This document shows, piece after piece, positions 38,801 through 52,300 of a stretch of 64,000 nucleotides of DNA. Under the pieces are notes generated by a model. The model did not search any database. It worked only from the letters and a program-made list of their open reading frames with translations, and was not told where the DNA came from. Source of the DNA: Oikopleura dioica (taxonomy: Eukaryota > Animalia > Chordata); contig OU015569.1 of assembly GCA_907165135.1 (NCBI GenBank), positions 11,780,001-11,844,000 of the forward strand, in the 5' to 3' direction. Every line of letters starts with the position of its first letter. The stretch's first letter is position 1. The position numbers and the translations under genes are program-made.

Positions 38801-41800
38801 CTTATATTCCTTCTCGATCTCCCTCAGCGCTTCTTCCTCGTCTCTGATGATGCTTTTCGTCGCGCCGAGTTGCTTCAAATCCTCCAATGTCTTCGTTCCA
38901 GTGTTGTACTTATCCCGCAGTTCTTTAAGTCGCGCTTTCGATCCTTCTGAAACTGCTGCTTCGTCGGAAAACGTTGTCAGCGTTTTTCCCAGGCGAGAGA
39001 AGAGCGTTCCGATTTGAGTGTCGAACTTGCCATCCAATCCCATCATGTTCCAACTGATCATTAAATTCCAAACTCCGGTAACGCTCGAATTCGATGACAA
39101 ATTCGAATCCGAGTGCTCCGTGCCCGAAACGATTTCGATTCCGCCTTCTTTCACTTCACAGCAATTCATCTTTAGTTCACGTGGTTGTCCTTCCCTATCG
39201 AAGAGCAACTCAAAACCTGTGAATTTGCCCTTGAAAGCGGACAAATCGCCGACAGTTCCGCAAACATTTACGTGAGAAATGGTGAGGACGAGGACGTGGC
39301 TTGACCGTGTCACTTCATGTTTCATGTCGATTAGCGGCATTTTCACTTTAAAGTCGTTAACTGTCAAGTTAATGAAGAGTTTCGAAGGCTCCTGGGGCGT
39401 GTTTTTGCTGCTTCCTCCTTTTGTCGGGTGAAGAGGGTTGCCCCCTTGAGCCGGATCAATCTGTCCCTGAACACCACGATTTCGCATCGCGGAAATGCCA
39501 CTTTGACCTTGAGCCTTTTCAATTTCTTCCTTCCAGACGTTATAGGACGAGCGATAGTTCAAATAGACTAGAATGGCGCGATCGATCGCATTTGCATGGA
39601 TAAAGACGACCGGGCTCTTGAGCGTCACGAGGAGCACATCTTCTGCGCTTTCGTTCGTGTTGTGAATGTTCACTCGCGCGTCGAAGGAAGCCATCTTCTT
39701 TTCCTGGCAAATTAGGGCTAGTTTGAGCTCCACGTCGCCGTTGATGATGATTTTGTCGGCCTGGGAAGTAAGGAAGTTGTAGGTAACTGGCGACTTGGTT
39801 CCTTCATCCTCGAAGTTTGCGATAAATGAGTTTATTACAGGTACATCGAGCTTGACAATGTTCCCGGTTGGTGTAGAAGCCTCGACGTTTATTCCTTTCA
39901 TCTGGATTTTGAAGGAGTATTTCATCGGTGTCACGGGCGTCAGTTCTTTAGGCGTCGATGCAGAAGTTGCAGCTGTTTGAAATCCAAGAGCAGGGAACGG
40001 CTCCTCTGTTTTCAACTTGTTGAGAATATCAGTCACTTCCGACTTCAACTCTTCAACGCAGGAGAGAAGAATGTTTAGCAAATCCGTCGTCAAATCCTGT
40101 TGGAATTTTTCGATTTCGCAGCGCCCGCTAAGTAGCTCGGCCCCATCCTTTTTCAGGTCTAGATCGACCTCGATCGAGGGGAAGACGATCTTTTGCGAGA
40201 TCTTTTCTTCGTGATCGGCCGTTCGAAATTCGCCCAAAATGCTGATCTTGTGTTCTGTTACTTTCAAGCTGGAGGTCATCAGGACTTTTTGGCTAGAGCC
40301 GAGAGTTGTCTTTACAGAACTAGGATTCCATTCACCATTCGACGTTATTGGGCCGACTTCGTAATTAGCAGTGACCGACTGTAGCAGATTGATTTTCATG
40401 AAAAAGCCTTTGAAGACGACCTTGAAGATCAACGGCATCGTGGAGGATCGCGAGCTTTTTGAGCTCTCCGACCCGAGTTGAGGACTGAGTTGTCCGTCCG
40501 TAACTGGCAATCCTGCTGGAGGGAGCTTAGGAGCATCGAAATCCGGCGTGTCGATGATGATGCCAGGCTGGTAGCTTTCAAAGTCTTTCAATTGGTGAAA
40601 CAGCTTCTGTGAGGTCCTTGAAAAGATATGATGAAGTTCTTGGACACGAAGGGGCAGTTTCAGATTCACTTTTCCGATTTCAGCGATCAGGTCGATCACC
40701 TTCTGACTTTCGCGCGTGTTTGGATGCGCGTTGAATAACGACCGATCAACAGTAACTTGGAGCACGGCTTGAGTACTTTGTGCTTCGATGAAATCGATGT
40801 TGATCGACTTTAGTTTCACTTTTACTGAAAGTTTGAGCGATGCGAGATTCGGAGAAATGCGCAGTGGTTGGACCCGATTATCCGCGTCGAAGGTCACTTC
40901 TTGAACGTATCTCAGCTGGTCGAGATTGACGGAACCGTCGAGCGCGTTGAGCTGAATCGATAGACTCAATCCACCAACATCGGCGGAGAGACGCGTCGTG
41001 CGAATTGAAAACGAAACTTCCACCCTGAGAGTCGTCTCCGTCTCCAAATTGGAAGCTGAGCTATCTGAGTGGAATTTACCACCAGGGCGGTGAAGTTCCG
41101 TTGCTTGAATCACTGTTGATCGGGCGAGGCGAGAAATGGGAGTTTCGTTTTCGATCTCCATCGTTTCTACAGTGCTTTCTTGAGTTGCTACGTTCAATCC
41201 ATCGTTGTAAACGAACACCAGCCAGACTGGATCTTCGTCTCTGCTCGACAATTCACCGTCGTTGAGCTGCTCTTGGTGGCTGATTTCCTGGTGGATGTCG
41301 ATTGAGTCTTCGGATGAGCAAAGCGAGCTCGGATAATTCAAATGCTCATCGTTACATCTTTCTTCCATTCGTCCAATGCGATGGTCCATCTTCGCCCGGG
41401 CGATATTGTCCACGACTCCGTTCACTTGAACGATTAAACGGACGAGGCTCATGTCCAACCGCTGCGAAATTTCGGAAATATCAAGCGAAACAGAAACCTT
41501 TGGGGGGACATTTTGCAGCTTTTCGAGTTCCGTGTTGGGAATGTCCAGGCAGCCGTTGACTTTGATTTGGTCGAGCTTGAGCACCGGTTGGTTTTCGAGC
41601 GCAAAGGCACGCACCCGCCGCGTTCGGCGCTTTTCGGTTTCTTTGATAAAGACCTGGAAACTGGACAAATTGGCATTGATCTTGCACTGGCTTATTTCTT
41701 CTTTATAAAGACTGGTGAATGTTTCCGGATCGTTGTCAACTGGTACATGGCAGTAATCGAGAATCGACTTCATTTTGATGATGGACTCGACCCCTTCTCG

Positions 41801-44800
41801 GGGCAACGAGTAGTTGTGATTAAATGTTTGCACCTTGGTCGGTCTCCGCGATGCTTCGGTGTGAATATTGTCTACTGGCAGTTTCGGCATTCTGAGAACA
41901 TCAAACATATTGTCCGTGTACTCGGGCCAGTGTTTCTCCTTTCCGTAGCTTTCCATCTCCTTTTGCCACTTTTGACAGACGATGAGAAGGGCTCGTTTGA
42001 GAGTTTGGGACTTCGGGATTTTCAAGTTGGTATAGCTCGTAGTCGGTTGATTCGGTTCCAGGAAGTACTCAGCCTCGTCTGACCCGTCGCGGAAGATCTC
42101 TTTCACGAATTCTGGCAACGAGAGTAGATAGACGTTCGAGGCCGCAGCGCAGAAGGCTACGTTCTTCCGCAACGCTTTGGCAGTTCTCGTCAGGGGTAGT
42201 GTCCCGCCGCCGGTGACGGAGAGATCGTTAATGTTGTCGATCAGTTTTCGGATGTTGAAGTTGAAGAGACTTTCTTTGTCCGTTTTCTCCGTCATGGCAA
42301 CTCGGTGCGCTAGCGGAGCAACAATCACCTTGCATCGTTGGTTTATGACGTCTTCTCTGATGTGCGCGATTTCGTTCGAAATATCTTCCAAGCGTTCTAC
42401 CCAGCTCGAGGCCCCATAAGAAGCGGTCGATAGAAGACTCCACTGGCGCGTGGCACGCGAGAGACTCGACGGAGCAGCTGCCAAGAACCAGATCTTTTCG
42501 ATGTTCATGTTCATCTGCGCTTTTGAAATAAGCCTTTCTCCTTTTAGTTTGATCCCGTCGATGCCTGCTTCTGCCATGATCCATCCCCAATCGTTTTCGC
42601 ATTTGAAGGCGACGGAGACGGACTTTGGCGATCTCTGCGATGTTTCTTGGAGGCAAACGACCGTTGTTCTTTCCGGTTCCTGCCCGTCAATAGAGTTTGC
42701 TCGCAGCTGCAAGTGAAGTCTTCTGAAGGAGGCTGAAGCGATGATGTTTTTGTTTTCTTGCTTCAAATTGGCGGAAACGTCGACTTGCTCCATCCACGCG
42801 ACGAGAAGTGTGGCACACGGCATCGGCTTCTGAAACGAAGTGCCGCTTTCGTTGATGTTTTGGGCCACTTGGCAGAGACCGATTTTGATGTTTTGAATTT
42901 TGAAGTTGAGTTGAAGGGGGCTCTTTCGTTCCTCCGTAATATCCTCATCGTCGTTCTTAATGTGTTCGTCGACGACCTTGGCCATTAGAATCGACGTAAT
43001 CGTTGAATAGTGAAGTCGCTGAACGACCGATTCGATGTCTTCTAGGGCATGGCGAACTGCGGCCAAGCAAAGCGGCGTCGCAAAGACGTCCACAGCTGAG
43101 GTGTTCTCCACGGAATTGAGAGTTACATTGAGCTTCGTTGCGTTCCTGTCCGTGACGGATTGTTTCTGAGAAACGCGCGGAGATTCTGGCTCAAAGTCTA
43201 CGCCGCGTTTTGCATCTCTGATCACTATTCCGCTGCAGACTCGATTGCTACACTCTTTGATCGTCATATCCTCGTCCAAAATCGGCAGCACTTTGTCATA
43301 CATTTCATGATCGATCTCATCCGCTTGAATCGGAGACGCAATCGTGTGAAGAGGAAGATTAGAAGGACGTTGACGAGTTCGCGATTCATTTTTAATAGAA
43401 GCTCTGGAGCTTCTTGATTCTGTTCTGAGGCGATGTTGGCTGACTCGTGAACTGCCCTGGCTTGATTCTTTTGACATTCGCTTTGAGCGGGAGCGGCGGG
43501 AGCCTCGCGAGTCATTCCGTTCTAGGGTCCTGTTGGAGATAATGCTCTCGTTGAAACTGGTGTTTCTCGAGTGCGAATGTGGAGACAACGAAGTGTGCTG
43601 TTTGTTCAACAGTTGATTCTCCATCGTAGTCTCTCCAGTTTCGACATCATCTTCTTCCCCGTCTTCCCCTTCATCTGCCGAGTAGAACTGATCGATGGTA
43701 TCGCTTGAGCCGAAGCTCGAGCTCAAGGCAGAATGAAATCCTTCAGTGACGGAGCTGGCCGTAGTTTTAGCACTTTTGAAGCTCTTGACTGAGATTTTAT
43801 CCAGAGCGCTTGTCGATTCTGCGTTTTCCTTGAGACTCATTTCATTCGAAATCAATCCGGGTTGCCCATAAATGCCATCTTGACTGATCGGTGTTCGTGC
43901 TTTTAGAATCCCTCCAGGAAGGCGAGAAGCGGATTCCGCTCTTGCTCGATCCAGCGAGCCATCGCGAGAACTTTTTGAGCTCATTCGTCCGGTTCCGCCG
44001 AAGATTGAGTTCGACTTGAGCTTCGTGGAGTCGCCCGATTCAGTCGGCTGAAGGAGCCCGTACGAGCTTCGGAAAGACGAGCGAGCAAAAGGCCCATCGG
44101 GGCTGATGCTTCCAGTGCTCTGCGCGATAGAAGTAGCTGTCAGGCGGCTGCAGAACGGGCGCTTTTGGAACTTCTGCTCCAGATCGACCAAAACCGTGTC
44201 TTGGATCAAGCTCTTTCCACGCTGGACGACACCGTCGAGCATCACTTCTGCTGGCGAGTTTTCATCAGGATCGAACCAGGAACAACCCCACGAGTCTTTT
44301 AGCGATGTTCGATAAACCGCTTCTCTGGAATTACTGTCCCAGAGGAAATCCAAGCGTTTTCTCTTCCGGTCGTGTTTTCTCAGCCACGTGTCTTGTTCGT
44401 GCAGCTCACTTTCCACAATGCCCAGTTCGACGGCGATTTCTGACTTGGGAAGCTGAAGCAGTCCTGCTTGCAGCCACTGATTCTCGTAGCAAAGGGCCAC
44501 TTGGACTGAAATGACACCCAAGTTTGCGCAGACAAAGCCGCCACGATCGTCGCAGCGAAGATTGTTGATCGAAACGGACGACTTAGCAACGGAGGCATTT
44601 ACTTTGGCACTTTTGCAGACGGCTGTTACGTCGAGCCCGAGCCAGGAGACTTTTGTCTTTTCGTATTTCATTTCATCGCCGATTTTCAGTTCATAGGGTG
44701 CCTTGAGCTCATACGCCTTGTCCGCAACGCAGAGAATCACTTGATCGAGCCACAGTCCCAAATTCACGACGTCTTCGATTTTAAGCTCTCCGGAGAGTTT

Positions 44801-47800
44801 TCCGATTTCAATTTCTTGCATCCACGCGTATTCCAAAGTCGGCGCAGTGAGAGGCAATCCTTCAGCGGAGAAAAACGCGCTCCCTCGATATTGCAAGCCC
44901 GAGAGGTGGAGATCCGCATATTTGTGGCCGAAAGTTACTTCGATTTCTGACAGGGTCAGTTGCATCCGTGTGCTGGTGTAGTGCTTGTCAAGCTCAAAGA
45001 TCAAAAAGTCGAGTTTCACCAAAGGACCGCCGTTTTGAAGACTCGAGTTTGGTGGCAGAGGCAGACGCGCAGTTAAATCCCGTAGTTCGACTTCGACGAC
45101 GACGGAAAAGGCACGGAAGGGACGGATCCAATCCTTCTCGTTCTGCTTGAAGTCTGTTACCGTATTGGTGTTGATTTCAACGATCTCGCATTCGTTACTA
45201 GACTCCTTGACGAAAGGCGTCACTTGATCCCAGAAACCGAGGACGTTTTCTTTAACATTGAGCAGGACTGGAATGAGCGTTCCAAACGCGACGGGTTCAA
45301 TTTGCTCGGCGAGTATTTTCGCTCTAAGGAAGTCAGCTTCGAGCAGCATCGGATCGTACTGGACCTTGACCTTCTTTCTATACTTGGGATGGGGCATGTA
45401 GTCGCAGTTCCATTTGTACTCGAAGGTTAAATTCAGCTTGTTGAAGGAACCGAGTTCGACGAAGCCATTTTCCGCCTTTGTAATTTCGCGCCAGTAATCG
45501 GCGTCGTAGACGAGCACGCGATTCTGGCCCAAAGAGCGTTGGAAACTTTCTTGAGCCTTGTGCGATGCTTTTTGAATGTGATGCGCGGGAGCACAGGGAG
45601 GGACGAAAATCGCAATAGACCCGTGTCGTGTCACGATGTTAAATACGATTTCTACGCTGGCTGGTGCGAAAGTGTCGAACGGAAGACTGTTCAAAGGGTT
45701 TTAGCTTTTTCATCAACAAGAATAAAGTCAAGCTAGCAAGAACGACTGCAAAAGTCTCTAAGAATATGCCTAAAGGAGAACCCATTCCTGAAGTCAACGT
45801 CGAGTTCTGGAACAGCGATCGCGAGTAAGCTATTCTTACATGTGCTATTTGCACTCTCCGGAACAGGATTCTGGCAGTCGACGTAGTTGTATTCGTTGAC
45901 TGGAAGGAGCACTTCGAGATGGTGGAATCGAATTTTGAATTCGTAGGTGACTGGAACGTAGTGGACAATATCGAGCGGTTGATCAGGACTCCAGTCGTTG
46001 ATGAATTCGGTCATGAACTCCTTGATGGGCCAGACAAAGAGCAACGAGCTCTCGCGGACGTTGACTTCGAAGGACCAAATTTGGTGACGGTTGAAAAACG
46101 TCGGGGTCAGCGTATCAAGCGTTACGGACAGTTCTTTGGCGTGGACGAAGCGTTTCAAGTGCTCTGATTGAAGAGTGATCTTTGCGTCCACCAGATGGAT
46201 CTTCAAAGGGGATACACATCAAGGGAATATAGATTAATGATTGAGCTATATTCTGATTATTAAAAATAAGGACGTGACTATGTTAAATCTTGAAGAAAAT
46301 GGCAATGCCAATAATGTCTACCCTCTTCCCTTTACAGGCATGTGGAACTGCATTCCACTCTCATCAACTTCTTTTGGAAAATAAGGCGAAATCGAGCTCA
46401 TAGAACTTCCACTTCCTGCTTGCACTTGTAATTGCTTTGTGTGGCCATCGCTGCCGAGGAATTCCAGATTCAGCTTGTTGGTCAAGTTTTTTGCTTTTGA
46501 GGCTTTCTGCCGCTTGTCCAGCCGCGTGGAGAACTCGAAGTCGAAACGAAATTGGCGAAGAGAAGGGCTCGTTGGTGGCTGCCACTCTTTTTTCTCAATT
46601 GGAAAGAAAAAACGCCAGATTTTCTCGCGCTGGCGATCGCACCAAGGACCCCAATTGATTGTCGAGTTGTTGGCGAGCTGCAGCGAAACACCCCATTCTG
46701 GGTCTTCGGAGACGAGCGGGTGCGAATCCGAATGCACTTCGCTGGGCAACAAGTCCCAGTAGTAATTCACTGAGGCTTTTCGAGAGACGCAGACCGAGTA
46801 AACGCCTCTTTCGCGATACGAGTTACGATGTTGGTGATCGCTTTGATCAGAAAACACGCGCTGGCCAGTCCCGGGAATCGGCTTGTCATCCTTGTCTGGT
46901 CCTTCATAGCCACTGGAAGGGACGAACATCACTTCGAAATTACGGGCGTCGCCTTCGAAGCTCTGGCGCAGTTTCTTGTCCGGTTTTCGGTACTGGAACA
47001 TTCCTTCCGACAAAGAGCAGACGATCGAGTACGGCAGCGTTTTGTTTCCCATGATGATTCGGCCGTAGAGAACGTTGATTTCAAAGTAGGGACACAAGTC
47101 GTAAATTTCATCCCACCACTTCGAAACTGCCTGCTCAGGATTCGAATTATCCCGCTTCTCCCCGTGAACCGATTCATTGTAGAAGTAATTCCAGTCGCAG
47201 CCGCTGAGTTGAATGTAAACTCGAGAAGTCTTCTTGTTTCGTCGGATGCGTCCTTTTTCCTTGACGTTTTGGCTCGTTTCAGGCGCTAAATTTTACGTTT
47301 TTGCTTATGAAATCGGTGATGAAGAATTTATTTAGACATTTCGAGACATTTTTAGATATCTACGAACATCTTAAGAGACTTTTTAGACATCTTTAGGCAT
47401 TCATAGACAATTTTAGACTCAAGTCGTAAATGAAAAGAAAAATTTGAAAACCTATAATGGGATGAGGCAACCACCAACGAAATATCAAGAAGCCATCGTT
47501 GACCGTGACTGTATAATCGGAAGTGCCGTATCGTAAATTGCGAAACATGATTTTCCCGCCCAAGAGGTTGATTGAGAAACTGCCGAAAGAAATGGACTGT
47601 CCTTTGAAGGCGAAGTACTAAAAAAGCGAATCAGTTCGAAATTCCTCCGAAACGAAATCGAAGAAAAGGTCTTTACTTCGCCATAAAAAAGTGCGAAGGC
47701 AGTAAACTTGAAAAGAAGCTCTCACCTTTGAAATGAACCATCCGAAGAGGCGCGAGTTGTAGAAAGTCAGGTAGATGATCCACAAGCCGGAAACGAACGT

Positions 47801-47880
47801 CACGATGTAGAACTTGGCCCATTCCGACCAGTCCTTCATCGGGTTAACCCAGTCGTACCAAGAAGGCACATCGCTGCTGT
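35850..47880 (-). CDS. BLTP1: Bridge-like lipid transfer protein 1 (KIAA1109/Tweek); start codon not resolved
   Basis: WIIYLTFYNSR N-terminal TM region, WGPWCDRQREKIWRFFFP, AFPKAWYNRSIARRLFLG, C-terminal LGFKHA..TIPKWFQRG. One ~8.2-kb uninterrupted exon. Confidence 0.92.
47333..47420. repeat. Degenerate ~10-bp minisatellite (TTTAGACATC-like) in BLTP1 intron
   Basis: About eight tandem variants of TTTAGACAT. Confidence 0.7.
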
Positions 47881-48587
47881 CTGATTTATTGGGTACTTAC
47901 TTATTATTTTTATAATTTATGCTTAGCTAGGATCTTAATAAAGAAACTTTCTTTTGGTTAAATTAAATAAGAGAGTCACTATTTAAAGTGGCCGAGAATA
48001 GCCTGTTAGAAAATCGGTATTTTCTATGGCTAGCCCCTAAAATAACATTGATAGGATTCCCATCGAAAACTATCCTATTTAATCATCTAGTTTTCCAAGA
48101 AAGTTTGAATAAAATGGTCGACCATCTTTAGATAAACGCGATTACTTAGGGTCGAACTTCAACATATAACTCTACTACCCATTCCTGTTACAGAAGTAGT
48201 GAAATTCAAATCGCTCATTTTTCAAATAAAAACAAAATCCAAGAAAACACGGAAAAGTTAAAATAATCAGGTGTCAAGAAATACTCTCTGGCTTCATTAT
48301 TTCTCGCTGGAAAAGAAGATTCTTCCTTTTTTTTCTTCCTCTTTTGAAAAGAGTCTTTGCTCAGCGTAGGCGCTTCTTTCTCACCATGAGTTTTTTCAGC
48401 CCGACTCTGCATTTTCTCCGATTTACGATCTTTCCACAAAACTCAAATTCTAAATTCTTTCTTTCCCAATTCTATCCACTGTGTAATGCAAACATACAGT
48501 CACGAACACGCACCCAATCATCACGTTTAATCGGGGGTCCATATCAAGGACCTTGATTTTTCCCGAATAAAATAAGCTTTATTTCTG

Positions 48588-48692
48588 AACTAAGGAACCT
48601 GTGTAGAAACCTGAGTCAGGGTCCTGAAAGAAAGAGTTCTCACTTATGTTCTGAACCCTGACTCAGGTTTCTACACAGGTTGCCAAGCCGAG
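48588..48692. mobile_element. MITE family A short copy
   Basis: AACCTGTGTAGAAACCTGAGTCAGGGTCC...CCCTGACTCAGGTTTCTACACAGGTTGCCAAGCC. Confidence 0.88.
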
Positions 48693-49399
48693 ACCAAATT
48701 CAAATCGAGCAAAATAACACTTGTTAGCTTTCTGTACTGGAGAGCTTGCTAAGGGTTTCCCCTGGTTTAATCCTTTTTCAAAATGCTAATTTAAAAAGTT
48801 ATGCAAAGAAATGAGACGAGAAATAAGCATGTTAATAATTGTGTATTTGTTGAAGAAGATCATTTTATTTTTCTTAATACTTTTTGATGATTTTGGCAGT
48901 GGCACTTTCTGAGTAAGAGGTTTTAAACTTGAATTCCAAGCAGCACCTTTTCACGCTTTTAGCGGGTGAGGAAAGGATGGATTCAAAACCAGACATTCTC
49001 GGCTTAAAATTATGAAACAGGGAGCTTTCTTTTAAATGGATTAACTTTAATAATAGCCGAATAAGAAATAAAGAGAGAAGTAAGAGAAGGATACAAGCGA
49101 TTATTTGATAATTGCAATTTTAAATGCAGAACTCGTGTTTTTGGAAAATGCACGAGTTCGAGTTGGAACAAGTTGGGAATAAGAAGAATAAGAAAAAGGT
49201 CAATGGGGAGTTGAGGGAAATCGGGGAAGTTGGGTTGATTCAGTTCATTTTTCAGTTTTGAAATTTTGAATATATAAAAATAAATGCATCCTACTCAAGG
49301 AAGGTTCAAAATAAACATTTACAATAATAAGAATGGAAGTTAATTGGGTTCGTTAAAGAACAGGGTCGCTTTCGAGAGAATCATTAATTTTGAATTAAC

Positions 49400-52300
49400 T
49401 CATTCCACCGGTTGCGCCATCGACTGGCCCATTTGAGGAGCGTGCATGTATTCTCCATTGCCCATATTTTGGTCTGAAAACATCGCTTAGATGAATGATA
49501 ATAATAATTGCTTTTTAGGTTCTCTTTAGTAGACTAATCAGAGTGAAGCCCTTATATTTTCTGCTCCGAGAAAGGTTAAGACCCTTTTTCACTGGCTAGA
49601 CTTGACTTTGGAAAGAAAATTTAAGGGTGTCACTTTGAAAAGCGATTTCAAAATGCGAATCTTTATGAAAAAGTCCTTGTCTCTTACCGTCGTCAAAAGC
49701 AAAGGGATCATGCTGTTGCTCTTGCTCAAAGCGTTCGGACTTTGCATCGCCTGGATGCACTTGCCGCTGTTGGTGGTGGTGCATTTGCTGCTGCTCTTGG
49801 TGCTGGCCGGGGTGCTGCTCCATTTGGTGCGGGTCGACTTGGTGCATTTCGTGCTCCGCCATTTGCCCTTGATGCTCTTCAATGGGCACTCCTTGCTGCC
49901 CGTCCAGGTGTTGCACGCGCTGGACCATTACCGGCGAACCGTTCTGCCCGATCACGTGACCGTCCTCCTGAAAAACAAAAATATCTAAGCGAGCCCAAAA
50001 TTTTTCAGCATTTGCTCATTAGAATGAGAACGTGGCGAGATTTAAACGTGCTGGAGAGAGAGCTTGGCTGGTGGCGCTGGTGTGGCACCACCACCACTGC
50101 CTGCACCTTTCTTTTTCACCAGCACGTTTGAAAACCCCTTTTTCAACCCTTCTTTTATGTGACTGACCGTGTAGACTAGACCGCCCTGGGAATGACTGCT
50201 TTCCATGTCGTCCATTTCGGAGTCGTAATCTGGATCGAAGATTTGGTTTCCGTCCTCCTGAAAAATGTATTTTTAGCGCTAGAAAGTTCGTGTTCGATTT
50301 TACGTCGATTCTGTAGCGACCGGAGCGGTGCGTCTTTTGATGCTGCATGAGCGACCATCTGTCGTGGAAGACCTCTTCGCAGTAGCGACATTGCATGGGA
50401 ATCTAAACAAAAACAGCGATAAAAACAAAAAACAGCAACGGCGGCATTACCTCTTGATATGAATGTTGTTTGCGCAAGTGAACATTCAAGTCGGACTTTC
50501 GCCCCAACATCGTGTGGCAAATTTCGCCTAAAATCGCGAAATTGAAATCAACAACGAATATTTTTTCGTTTCTTACATTCGAACTTTGGAGCGGTCTTCG
50601 TGTGCTGCTGCATGACGTGCATTTTCAGACTGCCGTGCTGTGTAAATCTCGCCTTGCAGTGCGGACACTCGTAAGGCTTTTCGCCCGTGTGCGAGAACTT
50701 GTGTCGCTTGAGATGGAAGCTGTCTGCAAACGCTTTGCCGCAGATGTCGCAGCTAAAAGGCCGCTCGCCCGTGTGAGATCTAAATATTTTTATACAAGGG
50801 AGTTCTCTTTGACTTTATATATTTTAAGTTTTCATGGCTCCCAATCTTTATTTTATCAAGAAAAAGTTGTCATCATCAGGATTCGAACCTGGCGCCCTTT
50901 GAAGACTACTTATTCTTATTATGTTAGTTTTTAATTAACGATATTTTCTAATAAAAATAATTATGAAGTTTTGGACTGACCTAAAATGGCGACGAAGTTT
51001 TGAAATTTCGACAGAAGCGTATTCGCACAAAGTGCATTTAAACGGTTTTTCGTGGGTGTGTTTGTACCGCCTGTGTCTCGTCAATTCACCAGATGTTACA
51101 AAGGCCATCTCGCAGTTCGCCTCTGGGCACTAGAAAGATATTCAATGAGCACTAGAAGTTGAAGTGTGTTTACCTTGTAAGGCTTGACCCCTAAATGCGT
51201 GTTGATGTGATTCCGCAGCAACGTGTTTGTACGGAAGCGCGCGCGCTAGAAAATGGTCGGGTTAGAAATCGAAATATATCAGAAATTAACCGAGTAAAGC
51301 CCTTAATTTGAGGCAGTGGTAGAGCTATTGTCAATTTAGCCTGAACTAGTGAATAATTGTAGATTTGGTAGATTGACACTAACCCTAACCTCGCCTGAAA
51401 ATAAGGGTGTCACTGTCTTATTTTCGAGGAATCACAGAATGTAGCGCCTCCTTTGTCAATCTTTTATCCTGGGAGGACTTACCATAAATGACATTTGTAG
51501 GGTCTTTCATCGGTGTGTATCTTCATGTGGCGTATCAAATTGGAATGTCTGAAATTAGAATTTCAGCAATTAGTTATTACGAAACCAGAAGTACCTGTGG
51601 GAATAGAAGGCGCATTCTGAGCACTGGTAGATTTTGCGTTTTTCGCCGTTGGCGCCGACCTGAATCGTTCCAGGATACTTCGTCCTTTGCGTAGTTTGCT
51701 GCGACTTTTTGTAGTGATTTTCGATCTTGGGCTCGTTCTGGATCGGCACGTCTAAATCAATCCTTTTATTTTTGCGTTCTTTTCAACTTTCAACGTCAAT
51801 TCTCCTGGGAGAAGTGAACTCTTTCTCATTTTTCTTCCTAAGTAAACTCGAAAGAGCTACTTTCTTTAAATTTTCATTTCAACTAGCGTAGTGACATCCT
51901 TATATTTTCTGCTAAAATTAAAGCTAAGGCATTAGATACGGCCTCAACACTCTATAGCAGAAAATAAGGGTGTCACTTCGTTAAATATCGTAGAAAATAA
52001 TCATTTTTACAAAGACATATTGTGATGACACCCTTCATTTTCTGCTAAAAGTAAGGCTTAGACCCCTATCTTGTACCTTCACTTTATTTCCCGCAGAAAA
52101 CTAACGGTGTCACCACGTAAAATCTCTAAAAAGAAAACTGACCTTGGTAGTCATAAATATTTTCTTGCTGCTTAATTCCTCCATTATCCGTCGTCTCTTC
52201 GTAGACAACGTCTTGGTTGGTGTAATTTCGCAGAGGGACGCCCTTATCTGCGTCGTGATACTCCGGCTCAGCCTGGTAGTCGTACGGATCCGCGGGCTGC

